From: Acidobacteriota bacterium | Lineage (GTDB): Bacteria; Acidobacteriota; UBA890; WLXD01 | DNA: 64,000 nucleotides | Direction of reading: 5' to 3' | Assembly: GCA_963666215.2 (NCBI GenBank) | Contig: CAXWPL010000001.1 | Location: 64,001 to 128,000, forward strand | Part shown: one piece after another, positions 39,644 to 49,366 of the stretch | Position numbering within the stretch: the stretch's first letter is position 1 | Layout of the letters: each line of letters starts with the position of its first letter | The notes under the pieces: model-generated | What the model was told of the DNA's origin: nothing | Database searches by the model: none | What the model saw: the letters and a program-made list of their open reading frames with translations, nothing else | Made by a program: the position numbers and the translations under genes

Positions 39644-40282
39644 TCACTCCTTGAGATAGTAGGAAAGGCTCTCGAGCTCGACTTTGAGGTCGACATGCCG
39701 GCAATTGACGCCTTCGGGCACAAACGGGCGGACCGGCGCAAAGTTCAAGATGGCGCGTACTCCGGCCCGGGCCAGCCGATCGATCACCTGTTGGGCGGCC
39801 TCGGCAGGGACGGCCACGATGGCGATCTCCACACCACGCGCTTCGATCGTGCTTTCCAGCAGGTCGGCATTGTGAATCGGCACACCGCGCTTCGTACCGC
39901 CGCCAACTTTCTCGGGTGCAACGTCGAACAAGGCGACGATCTCGAAACCGCCCTGATTGAATCCAGCGTAGTCGGCCAGCGCGTTGCCGAGGTTCCCGGC
40001 CCCGACGATGACCACCGCACTGGCGTGATCGAGCCCGAGGATCTCCTCGACCACTTCTCGAAGATTGGCTACTTGATAACCAACCCCGCGCACTCCAAAG
40101 CCGCCAAAGCAGGCCAGGTCCTTGCGTACTTGAGAGGGTTTCAGGTGGCAGCGGGCGGCCATCTCGCGGCTCGACACCGTGGGAATTCCCTGTTCCTGAA
40201 ACTCCGTGAGCACACGCAGATAGAGCGACAGTCGGCGTGTCGTCGGTTCGGATGCGCGTCGACTCATCGAGAGTGTGTCCAC
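39644..40282 (-). CDS. rex: Redox-sensing transcriptional repressor Rex
   Basis: TTRRLSLYLR, VSS, QVRKDL..FGGFGVRGVGY, IVGAGNLGNAL, AILNFAP. Confidence 0.95.
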   Translation of the reverse strand: MDTLSMSRRASEPTTRRLSLYLRVLTEFQEQGIPTVSSREMAARCHLKPSQVRKDLACFGGFGVRGVGYQVANLREVVEEILGLDHASAVVIVGAGNLGNALADYAGFNQGGFEIVALFDVAPEKVGGGTKRGVPIHNADLLESTIEARGVEIAIVAVPAEAAQQVIDRLARAGVRAILNFAPVRPFVPEGVNCRHVDLKVELESLSYYLKE

Positions 40283-40381
40283 CAGACCATGTCGCTATCT
40301 CCACGGCAGGCCACTACGGCGTGCTCGGGCTGCAGATAGAATAGGCACGCTAATCGGTTGTTGTCGAAACCCGAGTCGGAC

Positions 40382-40960
40382 ATGCAAGAGCACGACTACC
40401 GCATCGACTACGACCACCCGGACGTCGAGGGTCTGATGCAACAGATCCGAAAGCGCGTCGAGAGGCGGCGCACGTCGTCGACCTCAGCCGGCGTCGCGGC
40501 CGCACCAGTTCGAGCCATTCGTGAACGGCTCGAACTTACGGACGACCACGCCTTCGAGGTGCAGCGCGCGCTCGACCTGGCTGGCGATTGGAACGTCTCG
40601 CCCGAAGACCTACGCACCTCTCACGCCGGCATCCTGGGCCGCATTATTTCGGCCTGCCGGCGGCTCGCTCGGCCTGCTCTCAAGCTCGCCGTCAACGCGG
40701 ACCTGCCGCTCTACAAGCAGTTCAAGATCAATCTGGGGGTGGCGGGTGCCCTCGACGAGCTGCGAGCCGACAACGACGCGCTGCGTCAGCGTTTGGCCGA
40801 GCTCTCGAGCCAGGTCGAAGACCTCACCGGAGGCAGCCACACCGACGGCAGCCTGGCGATCGCCAGCCCCGATCGAGACCCGTCGGCTGCTGCCGGCGGA
40901 GCGGAGGTTGCGGCGAAGTCGAGCTCGGTGGCCGGACAGCTCGCCAAGCCGGCGCCGTAA
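40382..40960 (+). CDS. Hypothetical coiled-coil protein heading the glycosyltransferase cluster
   Basis: DVEGLMQQIRKRV, SHAGILGRII..RRL, heptad segment LDELRADNDALRQRLAEL. Confidence 0.7.
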   Translation: MQEHDYRIDYDHPDVEGLMQQIRKRVERRRTSSTSAGVAAAPVRAIRERLELTDDHAFEVQRALDLAGDWNVSPEDLRTSHAGILGRIISACRRLARPALKLAVNADLPLYKQFKINLGVAGALDELRADNDALRQRLAELSSQVEDLTGGSHTDGSLAIASPDRDPSAAAGGAEVAAKSSSVAGQLAKPAP

Positions 40961-40972
40961 GAGGCTGCCAGA

Positions 40973-42217
40973 GTGCGCCTCGCAGTTGTTGTCCAACGCT
41001 ACGGACTCGAAATCTCGGGGGGAGCCGAGCTGCACGCGCGCCTGGTAGCCGAGCGGTTGTCGTCACGGCATGCCGTGACGATCCTGACGACCTGCGCGCG
41101 CGACTATGTGACCTGGGCCAACGAGTATTCACCGGGAGTCAGTTCGGTGAACGGCTTGCCCGTCTACCGCTTTCCCGTACGGCGGCCACGCGATCCCGAG
41201 AAGTTCGGCCGACTACAGCAGCGCGTCTTTGATCACCCGCACGGCGACGCGGAGGCCCGGGCCTGGCTCGATGCCCAGGGTCCCTATGCGCCGCGGATGA
41301 TCGGCTGGATCCGGGCGCATCGCGAGCACTACAACTTCTTCATCTGTTTTTCGTACCGCTACTGGACAACAGCCGAAGCGATGCGAGCCGTCCCCGGGCA
41401 GGCGATCCTCGTACCGACCGCCGAGCGCGACCCGGCGATCGCAGTGCCTCTGTACCGAGCCGGGTTCCGGGACGCCCGCGCAATCGTCTACAACTCGCAC
41501 GAGGAGCGTGCGATGATCGCCGTGCAGGCGCACAACGAGGACGTACCCGGCGATGTCGTGGGGGTGGGAATCGTCGACCCACCAGCTTCGCACTCGCCGC
41601 CTGGAGTGGAGGCGAGCACTCACGGGAACGCCCCGAGCTCAGCAGCAACGTCAAGATTCCGAGCCCGGCGGCAAATCGAAGCCCCGTTCATCCTCTACAT
41701 CGGCCGCATCGACGAAAACAAAGGCTGTGCACAGCTCTTCCGTTTCTACGAGGCCGCCCACGACCGTCTGGTTGCCTCCGGCCAGGTGCCGCCGCACCTT
41801 GTGCTGGCCGGCAGCGCTATCATGCCGATTCCCGATCACCCGTCGATTCACCACCTCGGCCGTGTCGACGAGGAGGAGAAATATGACGCCCTGGCGGCAG
41901 CGGACGCGCTCGTAATGCCCTCTTTCTTCGAGAGCCTGTCGATGGTGCTCCTCGAAGCCTGGGCGCTCGGCCGTCCTGTGCTGGTTAACGGCCACTGCGA
42001 TGTGCTCGAGGGCCAGGTGAGACGCAGCAACGGTGGCCTGTACTACCGCGACGCAGACCAGTTCTCGGAATGCCTGCAACTTCTTTCAACGGACCAACGA
42101 CTGCGCAAGCGCCTGGGCGAAGGCGGTCGCGACTACTACATGTCGAACTACACCTGGCCTGTGATCGAGCAGAAGTACGAGCGGCTTCTCGGCAAACTAG
42201 CTGTGAGTTCTAGGTAG
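40973..42217 (+). CDS. GT4 glycosyltransferase, last codons replaced by IS481
   Basis: VVQRYG..GGAE, YIGRIDENKG, PSFFESLSMVLLEAW; original tail (AGDDRRLPRRI*) is found after the IS, stop at 43285-43287. Confidence 0.92.
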   Translation: MRLAVVVQRYGLEISGGAELHARLVAERLSSRHAVTILTTCARDYVTWANEYSPGVSSVNGLPVYRFPVRRPRDPEKFGRLQQRVFDHPHGDAEARAWLDAQGPYAPRMIGWIRAHREHYNFFICFSYRYWTTAEAMRAVPGQAILVPTAERDPAIAVPLYRAGFRDARAIVYNSHEERAMIAVQAHNEDVPGDVVGVGIVDPPASHSPPGVEASTHGNAPSSAATSRFRARRQIEAPFILYIGRIDENKGCAQLFRFYEAAHDRLVASGQVPPHLVLAGSAIMPIPDHPSIHHLGRVDEEEKYDALAAADALVMPSFFESLSMVLLEAWALGRPVLVNGHCDVLEGQVRRSNGGLYYRDADQFSECLQLLSTDQRLRKRLGEGGRDYYMSNYTWPVIEQKYERLLGKLAVSSR

Positions 42218-43244
42218 GTTGTTCACGAACTCACCCCTGAGAGCCGAGCGATCGGCGGTGTCATGCCGATGCCGGCGTGGGGACGGTGACGATTGTAGTG
42301 GTTGAGCCAGGGCCGTAGAGCTCGAGTACGTCGAGCTGAGGTCTGGTAGCAGGTGCCGTAGGCCCACTGCTCCTTGAGTGTGCGGATGAAGCGTTCGGCT
42401 TTGCCGTTGGTTCTGGGGGTGTAGGGCCGGGTGTAAATGTGCCGGATCTCGAGTTGATGGCATAGGCGATTGAAGCGCTTCGAGACGTAGCCAGGCCCGT
42501 TGTCTGTCATCACTCGGCGCACCGCTACTCCCATCGAAGCGAAGTGCTCGACGGCTCGCTGCAGGAACGCTGTGCAGGTGTGTTGGTCTTCGGCGGGCAG
42601 CACTTCGACGTACGCCACCCGAGAGTGATCGTCGATAGCGACGTGGGCGTTCTCCCAGCCGACGCCGTAGGCCCGCTTGGAGCGGTCGCCGTGGATGCGG
42701 TGTCCAGGTCGGCGGATACGGGCCAGTTTCTTCGTATCCAGGTGCAGTAGGTCACCGGGGTGCTCGTACTCGTAGCGAACGATCTCGGGCTTGGGCTCGA
42801 GCGCATCAAGCTTGGCGAGTCCGAGCCGCTTCAGCCACGCCGAGACGGTCGAGCGCGGCACAGCCAACCTTCGGCTGATCTGCCAGGCCGTCAGTCGCCG
42901 CCGACGTAGCTTGTCGATCTGCCTCACAACTCCAGCGCTTGTTGCGTGCGGACAGCACGTCGGCCGGCTTGATCGATCGAGCAGCCCGGCCTCACCTTCT
43001 CGCTCGTATCTATCCAGCCACTTGTAAACCGTTCGAGCCGACACGCCGAGCGCCGCCGCCGTTTCCGTCACGGGCTCCGCCCGCTCCCGGACTCGGCGGA
43101 CCATCTCTCGGCGTATATACGGCATCGTGCGGGCGTTACCATGCAGCTGCATCGGGCGCTCCTTCTGAGGTCGTGGAGTCTTTTGAACAACCCCATTGAT
43201 CTCAGAAGTGAGCCCCGATGTGAACAACCTACTTAGAAAACACA
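42202..43244 (-). mobile_element. IS481-family element copy 1 (1043 bp), 6-bp target duplication ACTAGC
   Basis: TGT..ACA ends, about 25-bp inverted repeats; ACTAGC at 42196-42201 and 43245-43250. Confidence 0.95.
42223..43152 (-). CDS. IS481-family transposase
   Basis: MQLHGNAR, LLHLDTKK (D), AIDDHSR, VMTDNG (D), TNGKAERF (E). Confidence 0.95.
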   Translation of the reverse strand: MQLHGNARTMPYIRREMVRRVRERAEPVTETAAALGVSARTVYKWLDRYEREGEAGLLDRSSRPTCCPHATSAGVVRQIDKLRRRRLTAWQISRRLAVPRSTVSAWLKRLGLAKLDALEPKPEIVRYEYEHPGDLLHLDTKKLARIRRPGHRIHGDRSKRAYGVGWENAHVAIDDHSRVAYVEVLPAEDQHTCTAFLQRAVEHFASMGVAVRRVMTDNGPGYVSKRFNRLCHQLEIRHIYTRPYTPRTNGKAERFIRTLKEQWAYGTCYQTSARRTRALRPWLNHYNRHRPHAGIGMTPPIARLSGVSS

Positions 43245-43300
43245 ACTAGCGGCCGGTGACGACCGTCGCTTGCCACGACGAATCTGACGGATCAACTTCG

Positions 43301-44374
43301 ATGCAACGACCCATCCATCAGCTCTCGGTGTCGGCAGGGTACGGCGACGCCATTGGCAACGAAGCGCTGCAGCTTCGCCGGGCCCTGCGCGACGCCGGGC
43401 ACCCGTCGGATATCTTCGTGGAGCTGGTCGACCCGCGCATGGCTGGCGTTGTGCGTCCGTATCAAGAGTATCGCGAGGTCAGCTCGCCCGACAATGTCGT
43501 GCTGCTGCACTACTCACTCGGCTCGCGTGTTTCGGAGCTCGCTCGCGAGATCCCCGACCACCTGGCGTTGATCTACCACAACGTCACACCCGCGAAGTGG
43601 TTCGCTCCCTACAACCTCGGCCTGGCGCGTAATTGCCTCCGCGGCAGGGTTGAGCTGGCGGGCCTGGCAGCCCGTACCGAGCTCGCGATGGGCGACTCCG
43701 AGTACAACCGACTGGAGCTCGCCGAGCTCGGCTTTCGTCGCACGGGAGTTCTGCCGCTCCTCCTCGACCTGTCCGCACTCGACGGCGAGCCCGACTCGGT
43801 GGTCATGCGACGCTTCGATGACGACCGCCCAACGTGGTTGTTTGTAGGACGCGTCGTCCCCAACAAGCGGTTCGAGGACATCCTCCGGACCTTCGCCTAT
43901 TTCCAGCGCTACATCGACCATACCGCGCGTTTGGTTATCGTCGGCGAGTACCGCACGTTCGCGCCCTACTACGACGCGCTGCAGCACCTCGTGGGGCGCC
44001 TCGGCCTTGACGAGGTGCATTTTGTCGGGCACGTCACGCCTGCGGAGCTCAACTCCTACTATCGTTTGGCTGACGCCTTCGTGTGCATGTCGGAGCATGA
44101 AGGCTTCTGTGTGCCGCTTTTCGAGGCGATCCACCGCGACCTGCCCGTCGTCGCGTTCGCCGCCGCCGCCATCCCCTACTCCACCGGCGAAGGCGTGCTG
44201 CTGGTCTCCGACAAGAACCCGGCCTACGTGGCGGAGTTGGTTGGTTACGTGCTGTCGGACGATGGACTACGCAGGCGCCTGATCGCCCGCCAGCGCGCGG
44301 CCCTCGAGCTCGTCGACCGTGACCTGGTAATCGAATCGCTGATGCGGCAACTGGGCGAGGCGGGGCTGGTTTGA
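43301..44374 (+). CDS. GT4 glycosyltransferase
   Basis: GDAIGN, IYHNVTP, FVGRVVPNK, SEHEGFCVPLFEA. Confidence 0.92.
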   Translation: MQRPIHQLSVSAGYGDAIGNEALQLRRALRDAGHPSDIFVELVDPRMAGVVRPYQEYREVSSPDNVVLLHYSLGSRVSELAREIPDHLALIYHNVTPAKWFAPYNLGLARNCLRGRVELAGLAARTELAMGDSEYNRLELAELGFRRTGVLPLLLDLSALDGEPDSVVMRRFDDDRPTWLFVGRVVPNKRFEDILRTFAYFQRYIDHTARLVIVGEYRTFAPYYDALQHLVGRLGLDEVHFVGHVTPAELNSYYRLADAFVCMSEHEGFCVPLFEAIHRDLPVVAFAAAAIPYSTGEGVLLVSDKNPAYVAELVGYVLSDDGLRRRLIARQRAALELVDRDLVIESLMRQLGEAGLV

Positions 44375-44393
44375 GGGCTGGGGGCGCGCAGCC

Positions 44394-45611
44394 GTGAGCA
44401 CGGCTCACGGGTCCGCGGCGCCTGAGGCCGATTCGTCACCTTCAAGCGCCGGATCGAGGTCTCGAGGGCGAGCCCGCGCCCGGCCTCGGGTGGACCAGTT
44501 GCTGCCTGCCGCCCATGCCGGCGACGCCACCGGTGGCGCCGCTCTGCATCTGGCGTCGGCCCTCGAGGAGGCCGGTTACGAGGCGGGCCTGTACGCGCTC
44601 ACCGTGGACTCCGGGATGAGAGATCGAGTTCGCCCGTTTGCCGATTTTGCACCACCGAGCGCGGACGACACCACGTTGCTCCATTTCGCTTTGCCCTCGC
44701 GGCTCTCGCGCGTCCTCACCGAGTGCGCCGGGCGGCGGATCGTCGTGTATCACAACCTGACGCCGCCGGAGCTGCTCCTGCCGCATAGCCCGGAGGTTGC
44801 TCGGCTCGCGGCAATCGGCCGCAGCGAGCTCGAAGAGCTAGCCAGCAGCGGCACCGTCGATCTGGCGATCGGAGTCTCTGAGTTCAACACCGCCGACCTG
44901 CGACGCGTTGGTTTCCGCACCACAGCAACCCTGCCGCTGCCGATGGACATGAGCGGCTACGACCAGTCGCCCGACCTGCTGCGAGCGGCCGAGCTTGCCC
45001 GAGGTCCAGCTCCTTTCATCACGGTCGGCAGGATTGCACCCAACAAGCGCCTCGAGGATTTCCTGCGGACCGCGGCGTACTATCTGCGCTACATCGAGCC
45101 CAACGCACACTTCCTGGTTGTTGGGGGCAGCAGAGGCATGGAAGGTTATCTCGACGCGCTTCTGGCGCTGGGTGAACGACTGGGCCTCGACGATCGGGTG
45201 CGCTTCCTGGGTCGCGTCGAGCACCGTGAGCTCATCGCCGTCTATCGTGCCGCGGCAGCCTACCTTTGCACGAGCGTGCATGAAGGCTTCTGCGCGCCGC
45301 TCCTGGAGGCAATGCACTTCGGCGTGCCGATCTTGGCGCGGAATGCCGCCGCGGTGCCCGAGACTCTGGGCGGCGCCGGCATCACGTTCGACGGGGCTCA
45401 GAGCGACGTGGCCAGCTCGGGCGACCCCGCCTCGATCGCCGAAACACTGCACGCCCTCGCCACCGACGATCAGCTGCGCGCCCACCTGCAGGCCCGCGGT
45501 CGGCAGCGCGTCGCCCGCTTCGCACCGCAACAGGTCGCCAGCGAATGGCTCGAGGGGCTCGGCCTCGGGCGACTTGGCGCAGGATCGGGTCTCGGAGCCT
45601 CTGCGGAATGA
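44394..45611 (+). CDS. GT4 glycosyltransferase (paralog of the preceding gene)
   Basis: GDATGG, VYHNLTP, VGRIAPNK, SVHEGFCAPLLEAM, AVPETLG. Confidence 0.92.
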   Translation: MSTAHGSAAPEADSSPSSAGSRSRGRARARPRVDQLLPAAHAGDATGGAALHLASALEEAGYEAGLYALTVDSGMRDRVRPFADFAPPSADDTTLLHFALPSRLSRVLTECAGRRIVVYHNLTPPELLLPHSPEVARLAAIGRSELEELASSGTVDLAIGVSEFNTADLRRVGFRTTATLPLPMDMSGYDQSPDLLRAAELARGPAPFITVGRIAPNKRLEDFLRTAAYYLRYIEPNAHFLVVGGSRGMEGYLDALLALGERLGLDDRVRFLGRVEHRELIAVYRAAAAYLCTSVHEGFCAPLLEAMHFGVPILARNAAAVPETLGGAGITFDGAQSDVASSGDPASIAETLHALATDDQLRAHLQARGRQRVARFAPQQVASEWLEGLGLGRLGAGSGLGASAE

Positions 45612-46831
45612 AGCTCACCCTCGTTGTGCAGCGCTACGGACTCGACGTTGTCGGAGGCGCCGAGCGGCTGTGTCGAGGCGTCGCCGAAGGACTCTCTTCA
45701 GCCCACGATGTCGAGGTGCTGACCACCTGCGCGCGCTCCTACATCACCTGGGCCAACCACTACGAACCCGGCGTGGAAAGCGTCAACGGTGTGCGTGTGC
45801 GGCGATTCCCGACGCAGCGCGAGCGAGACATCATCAGCTTCAACAAGCTATCGGAGCGACTCTTTGCTCCTCCGGAGGCCGGCCGGGCGAAACGAACTCC
45901 TGAACAAGAAGAAGACTGGATCGAGCAGCAGGGTCCGTACAGCCCCGCTCTTGTCGAGCATCTCGGCAATCTCGAGTCCATGGGGAAAGCGCCGCCCCAC
46001 GACCATCTTCTGTTCTTCACCTACCTCTACCATCCAACCGTACACGGCCTGCGGGTTGCCCCCGAGCGCTCGATTCTCGTTCCGGCCGCACACGACGAAG
46101 CCCCGATCTACATCGACGCCTACGAATCGGTTTTCCGCACGCCGCGCGGCCTGGTATTCAACACTCGGGCCGAAGAGCGCCTGGTTCGGCAGCGGTTTCC
46201 CGGCTTGACCTCGGCAACCACGGTAGCGGGCGTGGGCATCGATGGGCTCGACCGACTGAACGCTGCCGCCCTCGATACGGCGGCGGCGGCATCAACCGAC
46301 CCCACGACGGCGCCAGCCGCGCAGTTTCTTCTCTACGCCGGCCGCATCGAGCCAGGCAAGGGCGTCGTGGAGCTCCTCGAGTACCTGGCGCGCTTTCGCG
46401 ACCACTCGCGTCTGCAACCCATCCTGTGGCTCATGGGCGAGCAGACGATGGACCTTCCCAACGATGACTGGATCGTCCCGCTCGGCTTCGTCAGCGAACA
46501 AGAAAAGGCAGAACGCCTCGCACAGGCCACGCTGCTCGTTTTCCCCTCGGCTCTTGAAAGCTTCGGCATCGTCCCGCTCGAAGCCATGGCCGCACGAACC
46601 CCCGTGCTCGTCAATGCAGCCAGCGAAGCCGCCGTTGAGCACTGTACGAGCGCCAATGCCGGGCTCTACTATCGAGACTACGACGAGTTCGCCGCTGCTC
46701 TCACGCTGCTGCTCAGCGACCCCCAGCTCCGCAACTCGCTGGCAGACAACGGCTCCCGCTACGTCGAGCAGAACTTCGCCTGGCCCGCCGTAGCAGCCCG
46801 CTACGAGCGCTTCCTCACCACGCTCACCTAG
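45608..46831 (+). CDS. GT4 glycosyltransferase (paralog of the gene at 40973)
   Basis: MKLTLVVQRYG..GGAE, LTTCA, YAGRIEPGKG, PSALESFGIVPLEAM; ATG at 45608. Confidence 0.92.
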   Translation: MKLTLVVQRYGLDVVGGAERLCRGVAEGLSSAHDVEVLTTCARSYITWANHYEPGVESVNGVRVRRFPTQRERDIISFNKLSERLFAPPEAGRAKRTPEQEEDWIEQQGPYSPALVEHLGNLESMGKAPPHDHLLFFTYLYHPTVHGLRVAPERSILVPAAHDEAPIYIDAYESVFRTPRGLVFNTRAEERLVRQRFPGLTSATTVAGVGIDGLDRLNAAALDTAAAASTDPTTAPAAQFLLYAGRIEPGKGVVELLEYLARFRDHSRLQPILWLMGEQTMDLPNDDWIVPLGFVSEQEKAERLAQATLLVFPSALESFGIVPLEAMAARTPVLVNAASEAAVEHCTSANAGLYYRDYDEFAAALTLLLSDPQLRNSLADNGSRYVEQNFAWPAVAARYERFLTTLT

Positions 46832-46864
46832 CCGCAGCCCTCAGACGCGGATGACGTCCTGGAC

Positions 46865-46971
46865 CTAGGAGGCGTGGCAGTGCGTCAGCTGCAAGGCACG
46901 ACGACGCAGGCGGCCTTGTCGGCCGTCAAGGAGGAGTAACGCCGCAGATGATGCGCTGACGCGCCTCCTAG
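46865..46971. repeat. CTAG-flanked 107-bp palindromic element (MITE-like)
   Basis: CTAGGAGGCGTGGCAGTGCGTCAGCTGC pairs imperfectly with GCAGATGATGCGCTGACGCGCCTCCTAG; the outer 10 bp are perfectly complementary. Confidence 0.7.
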
Positions 46972-46977
46972 CCTAGG

Positions 46978-48020
46978 TGTGTTTTCTAAGTAGGTTGTTC
47001 ACATCGGGGCTCACTTCTGAGATCAATGGGGTTGTTCAAAAGACTCCACGACCTCAGAAGGAGCGCCCGATGCAGCTGCATGGTAACGCCCGCACGACGC
47101 CGTATATACGCCGAGAGATGGTCCGCCGAGTCCGGGAGCGGGCGGAGCCCGTGACGGAAACGGCGGCGGCGCTCGGCGTGTCGGCTCGAACGGTTTACAA
47201 GTGGCTGGATAGATACGAGCGAGAAGGTGAGGCCGGGCTGCTCGATCGATCAAGCCGGCCGACGTGCTGTCCGCACGCAACAAGCGCTGGAGTTGTGAGG
47301 CAGATCGACAAGCTACGTCGGCGGCGACTGACGGCCTGGCAGATCAGCCGAAGGTTGGCTGTGCCGCGCTCGACCGTCTCGGCGTGGCTGAAGCGGCTCG
47401 GACTCGCCAAGCTTGATGCGCTCGAGCCCAAGCCCGAGATCGTTCGCTACGAGTACGAGCACCCCGGTGACCTACTGCACCTGGATACGAAGAAACTGGC
47501 CCGTATCCGGCGACCTGGACACCGCATCCACGGCGACCGCTCCAAGCGGGCCTACGGCGTCGGCTGGGAGAACGCCCACGTCGCTATCGACGATCACTCT
47601 CGGGTGGCGTACGTCGAAGTGCTGCCCGCCGAAGACCAACACACCTGCACAGCGTTCCTGCAGCGAGCCGTCGAGCACTTCGCTTCGATGGGAGTAGCGG
47701 TGCGCCGAGTGATGACAGACAACGGGCCTGGCTACGTCTCGAAGCGCTTCAATCGCCTATGCCATCAACTCGAGATCCGGCACATTTACACCCGGCCCTA
47801 CACCCCCAGAACCAACGGCAAAGCCGAACGCTTCATCCGCACACTCAAGGAGCAGTGGGCCTACGGCACCTGCTACCAGACCTCAGCTCGACGTACTCGA
47901 GCTCTACGGCCCTGGCTCAACCACTACAATCGTCACCGTCCCCACGCCGGCATCGGCATGACACCGCCGATCGCTCGGCTCTCAGGGGTGAGTTCGTGAA
48001 CAACCTACCTAGAACTCACA
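46978..48020 (+). mobile_element. IS481-family element copy 2 (1043 bp), non-matching flanks
   Basis: Near-identical to copy 1 (two substitutions noticed), opposite orientation; flanks CCTAGG and ACTAGC. Confidence 0.95.
47070..47999 (+). CDS. IS481-family transposase
   Basis: Same DDE motifs as copy 1; AAGGAG RBS before ATG 47070. Confidence 0.95.
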   Translation: MQLHGNARTTPYIRREMVRRVRERAEPVTETAAALGVSARTVYKWLDRYEREGEAGLLDRSSRPTCCPHATSAGVVRQIDKLRRRRLTAWQISRRLAVPRSTVSAWLKRLGLAKLDALEPKPEIVRYEYEHPGDLLHLDTKKLARIRRPGHRIHGDRSKRAYGVGWENAHVAIDDHSRVAYVEVLPAEDQHTCTAFLQRAVEHFASMGVAVRRVMTDNGPGYVSKRFNRLCHQLEIRHIYTRPYTPRTNGKAERFIRTLKEQWAYGTCYQTSARRTRALRPWLNHYNRHRPHAGIGMTPPIARLSGVSS

Positions 48021-48021
48021 A

Positions 48022-49146
48022 CTAGCCGGCCTCTTTGGCTCGGCGTATCCGTTCCTTGACTCGATCGATCGCCTCGGTGGTCTTCGTCCCTGGAGCGATT
48101 GCCGCAGAGTCCTCGAAAGCTCTCAGGGCGTCCTCGAAGCTCTGCTGGCGCTCGTAGACGAACCCGACGTCATACAAGCATTCGCCGCGTGTCTGAGTGC
48201 CGCCAGCCAAGTACCTGAGCGCGTTGTTGAACGACTCGATGGCCTTGCCATCGCTGCCCGACGCCATGTGCGCCTTGCCGAGGTTGTAATGAACCGTGCC
48301 GTCGGTGCTACGCGCGGAGGCAACCTGACTGAGTGCACGCACTGCGTCTTCGTAGCGCTTGGCGCTCAAGTAGGCCCGACCGAGCATGCCGCGGAACTGC
48401 ATGTTCTGAGCGTCTTGTCGGACGGCCTCTTCGAGGTAGCGAATCGAGCCCGTCCAATCGCGCGCATCCATCGCGAAGCGGCCCAGGTAGAAGAGCGCTG
48501 TCTTGTTGTTGCGGTCGAGCATGAGCGTCTTTTCGAAGCTGGTCTTAGCGTTGGCGTCCTGTCCCGCCTCCGCGTAGGCGCGCGCCAGCTTCTGCCACGC
48601 GTCGCCATCGTTGCCACTGGCGTCGGTGGTGGTCTTCAGGTGCTCAATCGCGCGGCGCCAGTCCTCTTTGAGGTAGTAGGCCTGGCCAAGAGTCTTGGCG
48701 ATGGCCACGCGCTGGTTCGACGGCGCGTACTTCGAGGCCTCATTCTCGGCCGCGATCGCCCGGTCATAGTCGCCGGAATTTGCCCTGCCGAGATACACCT
48801 GCGCCAGATTGTGGTTCACCTGGAAGCGCTCGCCGTCGTCAGTGACGAGCTCTTTGGCGGTCTGCAGCTCCGAGATCGCCTCGTCGAACTGACGGCGACC
48901 GCCGAGGCAAACGCCAAGCGCCAAGTGCAGCCAGCCCCAGCGCTCGTAGGCTTCTGCACCGTGGGTGAAGGCAGCTCGTGACTGAGTTACGCAGGTCGCG
49001 TAGTCCTTCTTGTTCATCGCCGCGGACGCGGCTCTCCAAGCAGCGTCGGCGGCTTCCGCGTCCTGTGCGTACGAAAGGGCCGGTGTTGCCAGTGCCAGAA
49101 GGAGAGCGGAGACGGTCGCAAATCGGAACGTCGGGCTGTTTCTCAT
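48022..49146 (-). CDS. Exported tetratricopeptide-repeat protein
   Basis: Signal peptide (..LLLALATPALSYA) followed by many TPR-like repeats (HNLAQVY, LGQAYY, YLGR, YNLGKA). Confidence 0.85.
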   Translation of the reverse strand: MRNSPTFRFATVSALLLALATPALSYAQDAEAADAAWRAASAAMNKKDYATCVTQSRAAFTHGAEAYERWGWLHLALGVCLGGRRQFDEAISELQTAKELVTDDGERFQVNHNLAQVYLGRANSGDYDRAIAAENEASKYAPSNQRVAIAKTLGQAYYLKEDWRRAIEHLKTTTDASGNDGDAWQKLARAYAEAGQDANAKTSFEKTLMLDRNNKTALFYLGRFAMDARDWTGSIRYLEEAVRQDAQNMQFRGMLGRAYLSAKRYEDAVRALSQVASARSTDGTVHYNLGKAHMASGSDGKAIESFNNALRYLAGGTQTRGECLYDVGFVYERQQSFEDALRAFEDSAAIAPGTKTTEAIDRVKERIRRAKEAG

Positions 49147-49366
49147 GGTCTCAATGTCCCTGCCTGGTCGGAGCCAGCTCGAGCCGACGACCGATCGGAG
49201 AGTTAGGGGGAGCCGGAGATCCCGCCTCCTGGGTTGACTCCTATTGTAGCCGGGTTGGGTGGTGCGGCGCCAAGGCGCCGCATCCACCGAACCTAGGCAG
49301 TGCGCGATGCACGAGAACGAGCGGCGACCACACTCGCAAACGGAGTGAGGGCGCCATCGGGCAACG

